A stretch of DNA of 64,000 nt from Balamuthia mandrillaris. Its lineage: Eukaryota. Below the pieces are notes generated by a model. The model was not told the DNA's origin. It made no database searches and worked only from the letters and a program-made list of their open reading frames with translations. The DNA lies in assembly GCA_031835245.2 (NCBI GenBank), contig JAVKOQ020000041.1, forward strand, positions 1 to 64,000. Direction: 5' to 3'. The translations under genes and the position numbers were made by a program. This document shows positions 13,657-24,225 of the stretch, piece by piece. How positions within the stretch are numbered: position 1 is the stretch's first letter; the number at the start of each line of letters is the position of its first letter.

Positions 13657-13827
13657 GGGCAAAAATAGTTGTAGCGAGGCAGAGAAACCAAACTTGATGG
13701 CCTTTCAGAATGGAGAGGAAAGGATTTGTGTCTTGTAGCGCCACGTCTTCTGTGCTGTATCGATCGGTTAAGATGTAGCAATCGGAGCTAGGAGAAAAGG
13801 AGAGAAGGAGAGAAGGAGGGAAGGAGC

Positions 13828-13872
<45 letters not shown>

Positions 13873-14371
13873 ACGTTAATGGAAAGTTACAGGCGGAACA
13901 ACGGGTCATGGTCAGAATGTTGGGTTTTGAGCATACCGGACAGACCAGTTTCCTCTCAAAGTTCTCATTGTCTTGCTCTTCATGCACACCTGCAATAAAC
14001 ATTGTGAGGAAAAAATACCAGACCAAACAAAGTTGTCTTGTGCCAAAGAGGGGACCTTTTGGTTTTGCAGTTGCAAGATTGTTCCTCCTTTGTTGCTGTA
14101 CATGCTCCATTGAGCGTCCTTGTTGTCGTAGCAGCTCTTGCCATGGCTCGGCCATGCCCGCTGCCCCACCGCCACTCGGGTCAACTTTTGCTGTGGTGGA
14201 CATTTGGCGCGTGGTGACGGGCATGACAAAAGAAGCGAACAATGAAGGCTTCTGGCAACAGCTGCTGATATTCAGGCTATTATTGTGCCTCAGTAGCGGT
14301 AGTGGCATGGTCCCTGAGAACCGCAGCAGGGAGGGCCACCCTCTGCTCGAAGCGGACCCCGTGAAACCCAT
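12731..14371 (-). CDS. HIT-family hydrolase (HINT3/aprataxin/DcpS-C-like) with a C4 zinc ribbon and probable mitochondrial presequence, multi-exon
   Basis: Exons read CPVC..CSAC, VHYRDDRICIFDDKF, GFNFPVSVRHLHLHMLV (HxHxH triad) and HPRFNPYDKVVADL, with a last exon ending ...QKSETK* at 12731. Confidence 0.72.
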
Positions 14372-14475
14372 CAAAAGTTTTGGCTGCTACTTTTTTCCTG
14401 TATGTTTACAAACCATGTCGTCATGAAAAGATATCGGGACGACGTGATGATGCGAAAGAGAAGAAAACACAAAAG

Positions 14476-15829
14476 ATGCAAACTGCTGCTGCTGCTGCTG
14501 CTGCGAGAGGAGGGAGCGGTGGTTGTGGTGGCCGTTTTTTGTTTCGCAGGGGGAGCCTTTTGTTGCCTGTTGTTGGTAAGAAGCAGAGTCTTGCTCTTTG
14601 GCGCGCTTATTCCAGGCCTTCTCTAGCTGCGCTCATCACCACCGACCCTGAGGCCGCTCTCTTTCCGCGGAGCGAAGCGGCGGAACGTGATGTACAGTTC
14701 TCCCCCTCAGCAACAACAGCTACCTCCTTCTCCTCGCTTCTTCTTCTTCGCCGAGGGAGCAGCGCGGGGCGCTGGCCTTCCTTTTGGCAGAAGATAACCC
14801 CCACGACGGAGCCTCCGAAGGGGGCCAACAACACCCAGACGCCAGAGGAGAAGGCAGAGCTGCCTCACGGCGCTTGCCCCGAGTCCAACCCTCTTCCCCC
14901 CACTCCACCTTCGACCACCTCCACCGCCGCAAAAGAAGAGAGCCACAAGGCAGGCAGTAAAGAAGAGGAAGGAGAAGGAGGAGAAGCAAACGAGAAAGGC
15001 CACGAAGAAGAGAAAGACAAGGAGGAAGAGCTGTTCGACGTGGACGCGCTGGAGGAGGAGCTCTTTGCGGAGTGGGAGAAGGAGGAGCCCTTCACCCCAG
15101 AGGAGGAACGAAAGATGTTGATGGAGGGCAACCTGGTGGACCACAGCGTCCCCATTCCAACCTCCTTCTTCAGGACCCTCCGCCGCAACTTTCTGCTGAA
15201 AAGGCTCCGTGATGTGGACCCCGCCTTTGACGTTGCTGACGTGGTGGAGGGCACCAAGCTGGCCTTCGAGGCGCTCACCCCAGTATTTCCCAACAGGCGG
15301 CAGACGAACAAGTGCAAGGAGCGTGGCTTGATCAGCCCTGCCATTGCCCACCACACGGAGAATGTCGTGCACTCTTATGCTGTTCGTTCATGTCTTCCTC
15401 TCTCCCCCTTCTGCTTTGCTTCTCTCTCTCTCTCTCTCTCTCCTCACTGGTTTTCTTCTCTCTTCTCCTCTCCTATCTCTCTCGTCTAACAATCATCCTC
15501 TGCAGCGGGGCCAACCTAAAGACAAGCTCTATACCATCCTCAAGGACATCCAACATGCGGAGATCGTGGACGTGTTAGCCGACATAACTCGCAACCCCGA
15601 AAGCAACACCCCCACCTTTCACAACTACTACGAGGTAGCCCTGACCCTCGTCGAGAGGCTAAAATACGTGCCGGGGCCGCCGCGAGGCCCTGAGTACATT
15701 AAATCCACAGAGATAGTTCGGGTGCATACCAGCTTTCAGCTGAGCGGCGATGATGCTTCGGAGGATGGGGAAAGAAAAAAGTATGTGACGGAGCCTAATT
15801 ACACCATTGTTGGACGTCGTCGCTTGTGA
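14476..15829 (+). CDS. Probable mitochondrial Tim44-like-domain protein (MAIP1/Mba1-like), 2 exons
   Basis: Arg/Ser-rich presequence-like N-terminus and acidic linker, then RDVDPAFDVADVVEGTKLAFEAL, resembling the D..F...F.EGAK.AF motif. Intron about 15382-15505. Confidence 0.5.
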
Positions 15830-15971
15830 TAACAATGTGTAACTATCCACCCTTTGCCACCTTTCCTTCTCTTCTCCTTGCTTCTATCTCGTTGCTTCTC
15901 CCTTCTTCTTTCTTCTTTTATTTTGTATTTCTTAGTTGGCAAAAGTAGACGATAGAACAGACGAAGAGGTT

Positions 15972-16750
15972 TTAGAAAGAAAGCGGCATGTTGGCATAAA
16001 CCAACTGCAACGCGTTGATGAACTGAAGGAGAAGACAGGTTCTAGCCGTGAGAAGAGCTTGTTGAGCCAACGATGTGGTCGAAGAAGAGGAAAGGCTCTC
16101 CTTCCCTGCCTCCTCAGGCTGCAGGGAGTGCTGCAAGCCGGAGCTGAGTCCTTGCGCATCGAAGCAGGCCTTGCTGTTCTCTCGCTGCAAGCAAACATGC
16201 TCCATAAGCTCTATAAGAAAGCAGCTCTGCTTCTTTCCTTCCACCGTTGTTGCTTCCGTAGGTTGTTGTTGTTGCTCGTCTTTGTTTGAAGCAGCTGCGG
16301 AGGAAGGAGAAGCGGTGTTGTCAGAGTGTTCTTCGTGCTGTTCTCCCTCTGTGGCAGATGCGTTGTTGGTATTGGCGGTGGCTTCTGGAATGAGGATCAA
16401 CCGCTCGACGTCCAACAGCTCTGGACACACTATCTGCAGCAAGGCCCCAAATACACCTGAAGGAAGATCCTCCAATGCCTTTTTGTTTATGTTTTTGTGA
16501 GAGGTGTTTAAAAGGACGTGAGGAAAAGAAAGGAAGAACAAACGGTGTAAATCATGGCTGTCCGGACGGTCTGTTCGGAGGAGAGCCACCAGTCGATGAA
16601 CTGGTTGCCCTGCTGTTCCCAAAACTGGGAAACGATCAACCGTAGGAGCTCTCTCTCTTGCTTCCATATCTCCACTTGGTCTTTCATGGCATCGCCCGCC
16701 AGCGCTGCGCTTAACGCCGCTATCCTCTGCCTCTCTGCTGCACCTTCCAT
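15972..16750 (-). CDS. Hypothetical protein, 2 exons
   Basis: Exon 1 MEGAAERQR...QFIDWWLSS..AMIYT splices to ALEDLPSGVFGALLQIVCPELL...MPLSF*. No family recognised. Confidence 0.6.
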
Positions 16751-16905
16751 TTCTCTCTTTTTCTACTCTCTTCTCCGCTGTCTTCCTCCTTTTTATTTCG
16801 CGACGACATGGGATTTTCCGTGACGACACGGTATTGAAAAGTAAGTTTGTTTGATTTTTCATTGGCTCAGACGTCTTGGAAGAAAATTTAGCAGAGAAAG
16901 AAGAG

Positions 16906-18968
16906 ATGTCCCAACCGGCAAACACGGAAGGGAGCGACAGTCCCACCAGTTCAAGCGCACCCGCTAGCCCTGCCCTCACAGAAGGTGCTTCCTCCCACCG
17001 AATCGCCCAAAAAAAAAAAGATAGAATAGATAGAACCTGACCGCTTCTTTCTTTATTGTTGATGTTTAGGCCGTCTCTCAAGTTTTACTCCAGTGAGCAG
17101 TCCTCTCTTGGCTGGGTCTATCAGCACTGGTGTTTCTCCTATTCCAGACAAGCAACCGGCTACAGCAGATAGTGGCAGTAGCAGCACATCGAGCAGTTCC
17201 TCGTTGCTGGCTCGCACCTTAAAACGCCAGTCCAGCTCTTTGGCGAGCTTTCCGACGACCGGCCCTGCCGCCATTGTTGTCGAAGTGGGCAGCGCCAACT
17301 TCAAGTGCGGCTTTGCTGGAGAGGCTCAACCTCGCTATGTCATTCCTACCGAATGGCGCTCTCACACTGGTGTCGACGTCCGTTTCTTCTTTCTCTTGCC
17401 TTATTCTTTCTTTCTTGCTGGCTTACACTCAAAACATGCAGTTAGGTCCATCGTTAGAGGGATCACTGAAGGGACCACGCTATGGACCTGAGGAATGGGA
17501 AGAGGCTGCATTCTTCATGTTGCACAACGTTTATTATCAGTACCTGCAAACCAACCCGCAGGACCGGCCTATCATCCTCTGCGAAAACATCCTACTGCCA
17601 CAGGTTGTTCGCACTGCCCTCGTCAAAGTCCTTTTCACTCGCCTCCAAGTTTGTATCTTTCCTCCTTTCACCTCTTGCTGCTACCTCTTCTCTCTTCTCT
17701 CTCTCTCTCTCTCTCTTCCCTTTCTCATCGCCATTTAACACAGGTACCATCGGTACACATGGTGGTGGGGATGTGTATGGCTATGTTACCACCAAACCTA
17801 GCAACAGCGCTGATAGTGGATTGTGGTTACACCGAAACAACGGTGCTTCCTGTGTACGAAGGATTGGTTCAAACGCATGCCTTGCGAACCACCCCTGTTG
17901 CTGGCAAGTATCTGAACAACACGCTAAAAGCTTTGTTGAAAGAAAAAGTTTCGGAAGAAAGTCTTCTCTCCAGGGAAGTCATCGAAGACATCAAGATACG
18001 TCATTGTAGAGTTCTTCCTTCTTCGCCTGTATCATCTATGCAGGACGATAAAGAGGAAGAAAGCAAAGACGAACTGGTTGTGAGCTACGCCGTTAGTTCT
18101 TTGCCGGAAGACACCATTTGCATTCCTCAAAGATGTCTCGATGAGGCCACCGAGGTTCTGTTTGAAGGAGGTTTGGCGGATAAGGAAGAAGGAGCCATGA
18201 GAGAAATAGCTTCCGTGGCGACCACTCTTTTGGACTCCCTTTCTCGTTGTGGCCACGACACAAGATGCTCTTTAGCTCAGAACATATTGTTGACGGGAAA
18301 CACCGCGTTATTGCCTGGCTTTGCTTCAAGATTATTGAACGACATTCATCTTCTCTTTGGACAGGACCATTACTCTTCTCTTCGAGGTGTGGTTCTTCAA
18401 AATTCTCTTCTTTTTATTCGTTGTCTTTCTGTTCCTTCTTCTTCTTCTTCTTCTTCTTCTTCTTCTTCTTCTTCTTCTTCTTCTTCTTCTTCTTCTTCTT
18501 CTTCTTCTTCTGTCTTACAAGAACTTTTCTTTGCTCTACCGTAATAACAGGTATCGAAGATCAGTTTTTTATTGTAGATAGCATGTTTCCCCCAAGTTTG
18601 CTAAGCTGGATGGGTGGTACGTTCTCTCTCTTTCTATCTCTCTCTCTCGTTCTCTGTTTCACTTGCTCATCTTCCCCTATCAATTATTTTTAGCATCGGT
18701 TGTGGGGTGTGTCGAGCACAAAGAAGCGATAACAAAAACACAATATTTGGAAGAAGGAGAACCGCTACCAGATTGGACTTCTCTACGGCAGCTCTCTGCC
18801 CTTGCTGACACCAACAAGCCACAAAGGAGCATGAAAAAAGACGGAACGCTAACAGGAGGAACGTATGGCGGAGGAGGCCCTTTCCAGTTGACACCACTTC
18901 TCACCACTACCTCCAGCTCTTCCTTATCTTCTTACTTGTCCGCCTCCAGTTCCATTAAACGGATTTAA
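16906..18968 (+). CDS. ACTR10: Actin-related protein 10 (dynactin Arp10/Arp11), multi-exon
   Basis: IVVEVGSANFKCGFAGEAQPRYVIP, LQTNPQDRPIILCEN, ALIVDCGYTETTVLPVYEG, LAQNILLTGNTALLPGF..RL, SWMGASV, LPDW. Confidence 0.85.
18436..18510. repeat. (TCT)n microsatellite in an Arp10 intron
   Basis: Roughly 25 tandem TCT units. Confidence 0.95.
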
Positions 18969-19107
18969 ATAATAACAAAAAAACAAAAGTCACGATGCGA
19001 AAGGACAAAAAAAGTTAAAAGTTGTTAGAAAAGACTAAAATAAACAATCCACTACTCCCGTTCAACTTATTCTTCTATCCGAAGAATAGTTATCTGGACA
19101 ACACTTC

Positions 19108-19472
19108 TTAATAGTAACCGCCATCTTGGACGTCACCACCATCGTATCCTGTATCTTCAGGCTCGGGGAATCTAATGTTAGGGATCTCGTACTCATACTT
19201 GATGTCAGGTACTTGCACGTTGGGAATCTGGATGTTAGGCAGCTTGATGGCATCCACTTGGATCTTGGGCAGCTTCAAGACGGGTCCGGTGATGGTAGGG
19301 ATCTGGATGTCGGGAATTTCCACCTTACCGAGGTAGAGGTCCTCCAGGGAGATCTCCTGGGCGGGGATGCTGGGGATCTCAATGGCCTCAAGGCAGATAT
19401 CAGGGATCTTAATGGGAGGAAGCTTGATGGGAGCAAACTTGATTTCTATGTGTAGTTGAAAAGAGAAACGTC

Positions 19473-19518
<46 letters not shown>

Positions 19519-19867
19519 TAATGAGGATAGTACCAGGAATGTAGATGGTGGGTCCCTTCACCGCGGGCAACTCCAGCTCACCCATCTCAATCTCGGAAAA
19601 GTAGACGTCTGGGACCTTGAGCTCACCGGGACAAATATCAGGCACAGTAACATCCTCCAGGATGATGTCATCAAAGCAGATCTCAGGCATGTCAATGGTG
19701 TGCTCGTACTCCTGCCATTCGATCTCAGGCGCAATGTACTCGACGTCATCTCCACCATCGTAACCGCCATCGTAGGTGCGGGCATGTTTGGCGCTGTAAG
19801 GAGAGGGAGTGGCAGAGGCCCCAAGACAGCAGAGGGCGATCAGAGCAAGAGCAAGCAGCAACTTCAT
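19108..19867 (-). CDS. Secreted acidic pentapeptide-repeat protein (223 aa, 2 exons)
   Basis: Signal peptide MKLLLALALIALCCLGASA. Intron 19533-19446. Body made of 5-residue units such as PEIKF, PIKLP, PIKIP, DIQIP, NIQIP. Strong C/G-ending codon bias. Confidence 0.85.
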
Positions 19868-19964
19868 GGTTGGTTGGTTTGTTTGTTGTTGGGTAATGTG
19901 AAGGTTGAGACTATGTTTTTTTTGTTGTTGTTGATGAGATGAAAGAGTGAGAAGAGAGTTGCCA

Positions 19965-19971
19965 TTTTATA
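19965..19971 (-). promoter_or_regulatory. Candidate TATA box (TATAAAA) of the secreted repeat-protein gene
   Basis: TATAAAA on the minus strand about 100 nt upstream of the ATG at 19867. Confidence 0.55.
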
Positions 19972-20095
19972 GTTCAAACCAACACCCAATTATGTAATAC
20001 AGTTCATTCTTCATCAGACCATTCGGATGAAAACATGCCCAAAAAGGGGACTGTTTGCTTTTGAATAGAGTTGAGGGAACCGAACAAAATAAAGT

Positions 20096-21043
20096 TTATT
20101 GAAAGAAAAACATAATCTTTTCTTCCTCTGCCGTGTCCTTCATAAATGGGACAAAGGTGGCTTCAATACCATTCTTGGCCTCATAGCGCCAAAGCAAGGG
20201 GTCGCTTGCCTCCTTTGGCAGTTCAATGTTTTCCTTTAACTCCAGCTGATGGTTGTGTTGTTGCCATGCGAAGGAGTCCTGTATTAACCCCGAAAAGCTG
20301 TGGACAAATGATAGCTCGTCATCCGAAAGTCGAGAACGGATAATTGTCACCGTTATTTGGTCATAACGGCGGGGAACTCGCTGAATATGGTACTGCATTC
20401 CTGGTAGCTGGCGAAAGAAGAAATAGGCTCCATCTTTAGAGCAGCAGTACCACAACCATGCGTTAAGTGGAATGGAAGCTGGCACAAATGAGGAGCGAGG
20501 AGGGGGAGGGGCCATTGCAGAACGGTAGAAGGAAGATAAAGGAGAAGAAAAAGAAGAAGAAGAAGAAGAAAAACTAGAAGAAGAAGAAGAAGAAAAGGAA
20601 GAATGCCTTGGGCGCTTGGGTGACGGTAGTTTCTCCTCTTCTGGTTCTTCCTCTTCTTCCTCCTCCTCCTCTTCTGCTTCCTCAACTTCTTTTGCTTTCA
20701 CCGGAAGGGACAGTGAAGCAGATGAAGCCGTTCGTTGTTGCCGCAGGGCCAAGACTTGTGGTAGTACAGAAGCTTAAACAAAGATTAATTCAAACAAATA
20801 CAACTCCTTCAGAAAAAAGCAAACACAGAAAAAGAAAAATAATATACCTGCTTCTTCTTCATCTGCAATTCTGTCTGCCACTTTTGTCTTTATATTGGAC
20901 CACTTGCCTCGAATGGCCGAATCTGATCGACCAGGCAAACCGTGTCGTAGTTGTGCAAGCAACTGTGGAGTTAGAGTTCCATCTGCTGTTTTCTTGAAGA
21001 AGCTCTCTAAAAGTTCATTTTCCTCTTTCTTCCACTTCCCCAT
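20096..21043 (-). CDS. Transposon-encoded Myb/SANT protein with putative C-terminal alpha-crystallin/Hsp20-like domain, 2 exons
   Basis: MGKWKKEENELL...LPGRSDSAIRGKWSNI is a Myb repeat. An in-frame GT-AG intron leads to an acidic tract, SPKRPRH, and a beta-rich C-terminal domain. Confidence 0.8.
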
Positions 21044-21143
21044 TGTGTGTAAACCGTTGTGTGAGAAAAAAAATAATCGGCCTTGGCCTTCATAACAACC
21101 ACCTGAAAAAACAAATTAGGTGCCTTATAAACAGATTAGGTAC

Positions 21144-21442
21144 TTGATCAAAACACAACCAAAACACACCTAAAACACAACCAAAATGCAACTGAAACAC
21201 AACCGAAACACAACCGAAACACAACCAAAACACAACTGAAACACAGATCCACCCTCTAGAAAACACAATAAAAAACTCCGAGTTTTCAACCAATAGTAAA
21301 TCTAAAATCGTGATATATGAAAACTGATAGGACAAATTGCTTGATTTTTCAATACCTTTTCTCAGCCAAAAGTTTGAAAATAAACATGTTTCCATTGTGT
21401 TTCCGTTGTGTTTTGATTATGTTTTGGTTGTGTTTTGATCAA
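21144..21442. repeat. Opposed arrays of an 11-bp unit (AAACACAACCR) bounded by a perfect 23-bp inverted repeat
   Basis: TTGATCAAAACACAACCAAAACA at 21144-21166 and its reverse complement at 21420-21442. About 8-9 units at 21151-21245 and about 4 inverted units at 21395-21437. Confidence 0.9.
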
Positions 21443-21623
21443 TATTCAAATAATAATAAACGATTGTTCATATAAATAAGAACATTATCTTATTTAGTCA
21501 GATCTGATTTTAGGTACTTTTCCTTGTACCATGATCTCTATCATATTTCAGTTATTAGGCTAAACTCTCTATATTTGCATTTAATGGCCTAGAAAAGAAA
21601 GAAGAAAGAAGGAAGAAGAAAGG

Positions 21624-22519
21624 ATGAAAGAAGAAGACTTGTTTGCTTTTATTGCAACTGCTGAGACACTTCTTTATTCTGTCACAGCTCGCAGTTGGCG
21701 TGCCCACTTTGGTGTGTCCTTTGAAACAGCTCTTGTAGCATGGACACAGTTGAAAACATGTACCTTTGAAAGACCATTGCAAGCAAAGTATTTACTTTGG
21801 ACCTTTTATTTTTTAAAAGTTTATTCTACTGAAGAAGTTGCATGTTCCTTTTGTAAATGTACACCAAAGACATTTCGATATTGGGTTTGGGCAATTATTA
21901 GGGCTTTATCAACAAAGCTGGCTGAAATGTTTCAGGTTTTTTGTTTTTTGTTTTTTATTTATATTTAACTTGTTTTTTCTTATTGTCTTTTTTTTTTGCA
22001 AAGCATTTTAATCCCAGCAGTACAATAACAACCATTGTTGGAATTGTTGATTCAACTGAATGTCCTATTCAACGTCCTATTGGCTCAAAACGACAGCGAA
22101 TCTACTACTCAGGGAAAAAAAAGCGCCACACACTTAAGTATGAACTTGTATTGGACTTGAAAACAGAGCTTTTTACCTGGGTGAATGGACCCTTTCCTGG
22201 TCGTGTTCATGACTTAACCATTGCAAGAAATGGACTTGTGAAAGCAGCACAACAGCACAAATTGCTTGGTGACAAAGCATATGTTGGTGAGCCTTGCTTT
22301 GTAACTCCTTACAAAGGTGATCTCTCTCCTTTGTTACTTGAGTTTAATCAAGAGATTGGTGGTCATCGAGTTGAAGTGGAACGTGCTATAGGGCGACTCA
22401 AAAACTTCAACTGCTTAGTGACTGCATGGCGCCATCAAAGAGAGGACCACATTTCTTGTTTTAAGTTAGTTGTGTGTTTGGTGAACTTAGACCTTTGTTT
22501 TTTTCCCCTTAAAAAATAA
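21624..22519 (+). CDS. DDE transposase (DDE_Tnp_4/HARBI1-like) with N-terminal HTH, 2 exons
   Basis: RAHFGV..LLWTFYFLKVY..TFRYWVW. Catalytic motifs GIVDSTECPIQRP, YYSGKKKRHTLKYE, HDL, LGDKAY and RVEVERAIGRLK. Intron about 21936-22003. Confidence 0.93.
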
Positions 22520-22690
22520 TAACCCTAATTAACCTTACTTTTTTCTATTCCCTCAACTCTAATGTCGCGATCTTTTCCAACCATCTTCCGTGGATTTCGT
22601 CGAAAATGAATCTATATTAGTCGTATCTAATATTTGAAAAGATCATTCGGCGGAGTTTCGCTTGCCACCCCAAGGAACTGCGAGTGGGAG

Positions 22691-23963
22691 TTACTTGAAG
22701 GGGGCAGGCGAGGAAATGGCGGCCCAAGAGGGAGTTGCTGCCAGGTTAGCAATACCAGAGGGAATGGCGTAGGGATCAGCGACAGAAGCACCAGCCTTGT
22801 TTTTTTGGTCTCTGGAAACAATAGAGGCCCAAGTGCGTGAAGCTACACCGGCCGATGGAGCAACAGAGAAGGAAGAAACGGGAGGGGTTGACGTTAACAA
22901 CGAGGAAGAAGACACAGGTGACGATGAAGACGATGATGTAGCAGATGTATGTGACGAAGAAGGAGAAGCAGAAGAGGAACCAGCAGCCGCGGCCGAGCCT
23001 GAGGGAGACACGGAAAGCTGACGGATATAATCTCTTGACAGCAGATCGGCCTTTCGGATGGGCTCGGGGATGCGAAACTTGCTACAAGCAATGGAGAGCT
23101 GTAGGGCCGTCTCAAGGGAGACGCGATGGCCCGGTGAGACAAAGATCGGTGAAGTAGTGTCGTCAGTGCTGCGCAAGGCAGCGCCCCATGATGCTCCAGA
23201 CTTCCCGACCAGCTCTACCGCATGTCCAGCCTTGTGGCAGTGTTGTCGAAACCTCCGTTTCACATCCTTCAACTCCATCCCATCCACAAACAGAAAAGTC
23301 TTTCCCACTCCTATCTGTTTGTCATTGTTGTTGTCAACGAATGTGTGTGACCCCTATGGACAGATCGAAGACAAAGACAAAGACAAAGAGAGGAAGAGAA
23401 GAAGCGTACCATGGGAATGTCGGTGAGGACACCGAGGTGGCAGGCCAAACCAAAGCCGCGTGGATGCAAGATGCCATTCCCGTCCACAAACACAAGTTGG
23501 GGCACGAGCTCGGGGCTAGTACGCCGCAACTTGTCGAACAAAGGAACCAAATGAGGCACCTCGCGAAAGGCAAGGAAGCCAGCGATGTAAGGCTGCCTCA
23601 GCTCCACCATTTGAAAGTCCTTGTAAACGACCTTCAACTGAGGGTAGGACAGCACCACCAACGAAGCACAGGCGTTCACGGGGTCATCTTTAATGAAACT
23701 GATGTCCACTCCGCCCACCAGACTGAGTGGCGGTCGTCCGTCCCGGCCGTCCTCTAAGCTCCAGTCAAAGGTGTCCTCTAAAATAAGCTTTCGCTTTAAC
23801 GCAAGTTGTTCCCTTCATGACAGAAAGTGGTCCACGAGTCAAGAATGAAAAAAAATGTTGGAAGAAGAAAGGAAGCTTCGTACTGTTTCCAACGCTCTCT
23901 CAGCTGGCGAGTGGGCGTCGGCAACTCACTTTTCTTTTGGCCTCCTCCTTTACGGCCACGCAT
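22691..23963 (-). CDS. ENDOV: Endonuclease V, multi-exon
   Basis: GGVDISF, PYIAGFLAFRE wedge motif, VDGNGILHPRGFGLACHLG, IGVGK, PIFVSPGHRVSL, RIPEPIRKAD. Confidence 0.95.
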
Positions 23964-24225
23964 TGAATGTTGTACGTTACGTAAAAGTTTTTTTTTTAAA
24001 AAAAAAAAACAAAGTTACCGTAACATTTATGAGAGAGTCGGCCTCGTACGCCTATATTCTTCTTCAGTTCAATGCTCTGAGCCCATAAGGCTTTCTTCCG
24101 GTTTTGTTCTGCGTCCTGGAAATTCGGATGAAATTCCATCTTTTAAAAATTTTCCTAGAATATTTTAAAAAATAATTCACCAATATGTGAAGCGAAAAAC
24201 AACGGTAACAAAAGGGGAGAACGGC

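Larger units (their letters stand above)
20067..22560. mobile_element. PIF/Harbinger-like (PHIS superfamily) DNA transposon, apparently complete
   Basis: Perfect 13-bp TIR AGAGTTGAGGGAA (20067-20079) / TTCCCTCAACTCT (22548-22560), extending imperfectly to about 34 bp. AAT flanks both ends (20064-66, 22561-63). Encloses a DDE transposase and a Myb gene, and is more AT-rich than the flanking genes. Confidence 0.92.

Noticed and set aside
21151..21245. Short repeats as a CRISPR array
   Set aside because: Contiguous 11-bp units without unique spacers, no cas genes, eukaryotic context.
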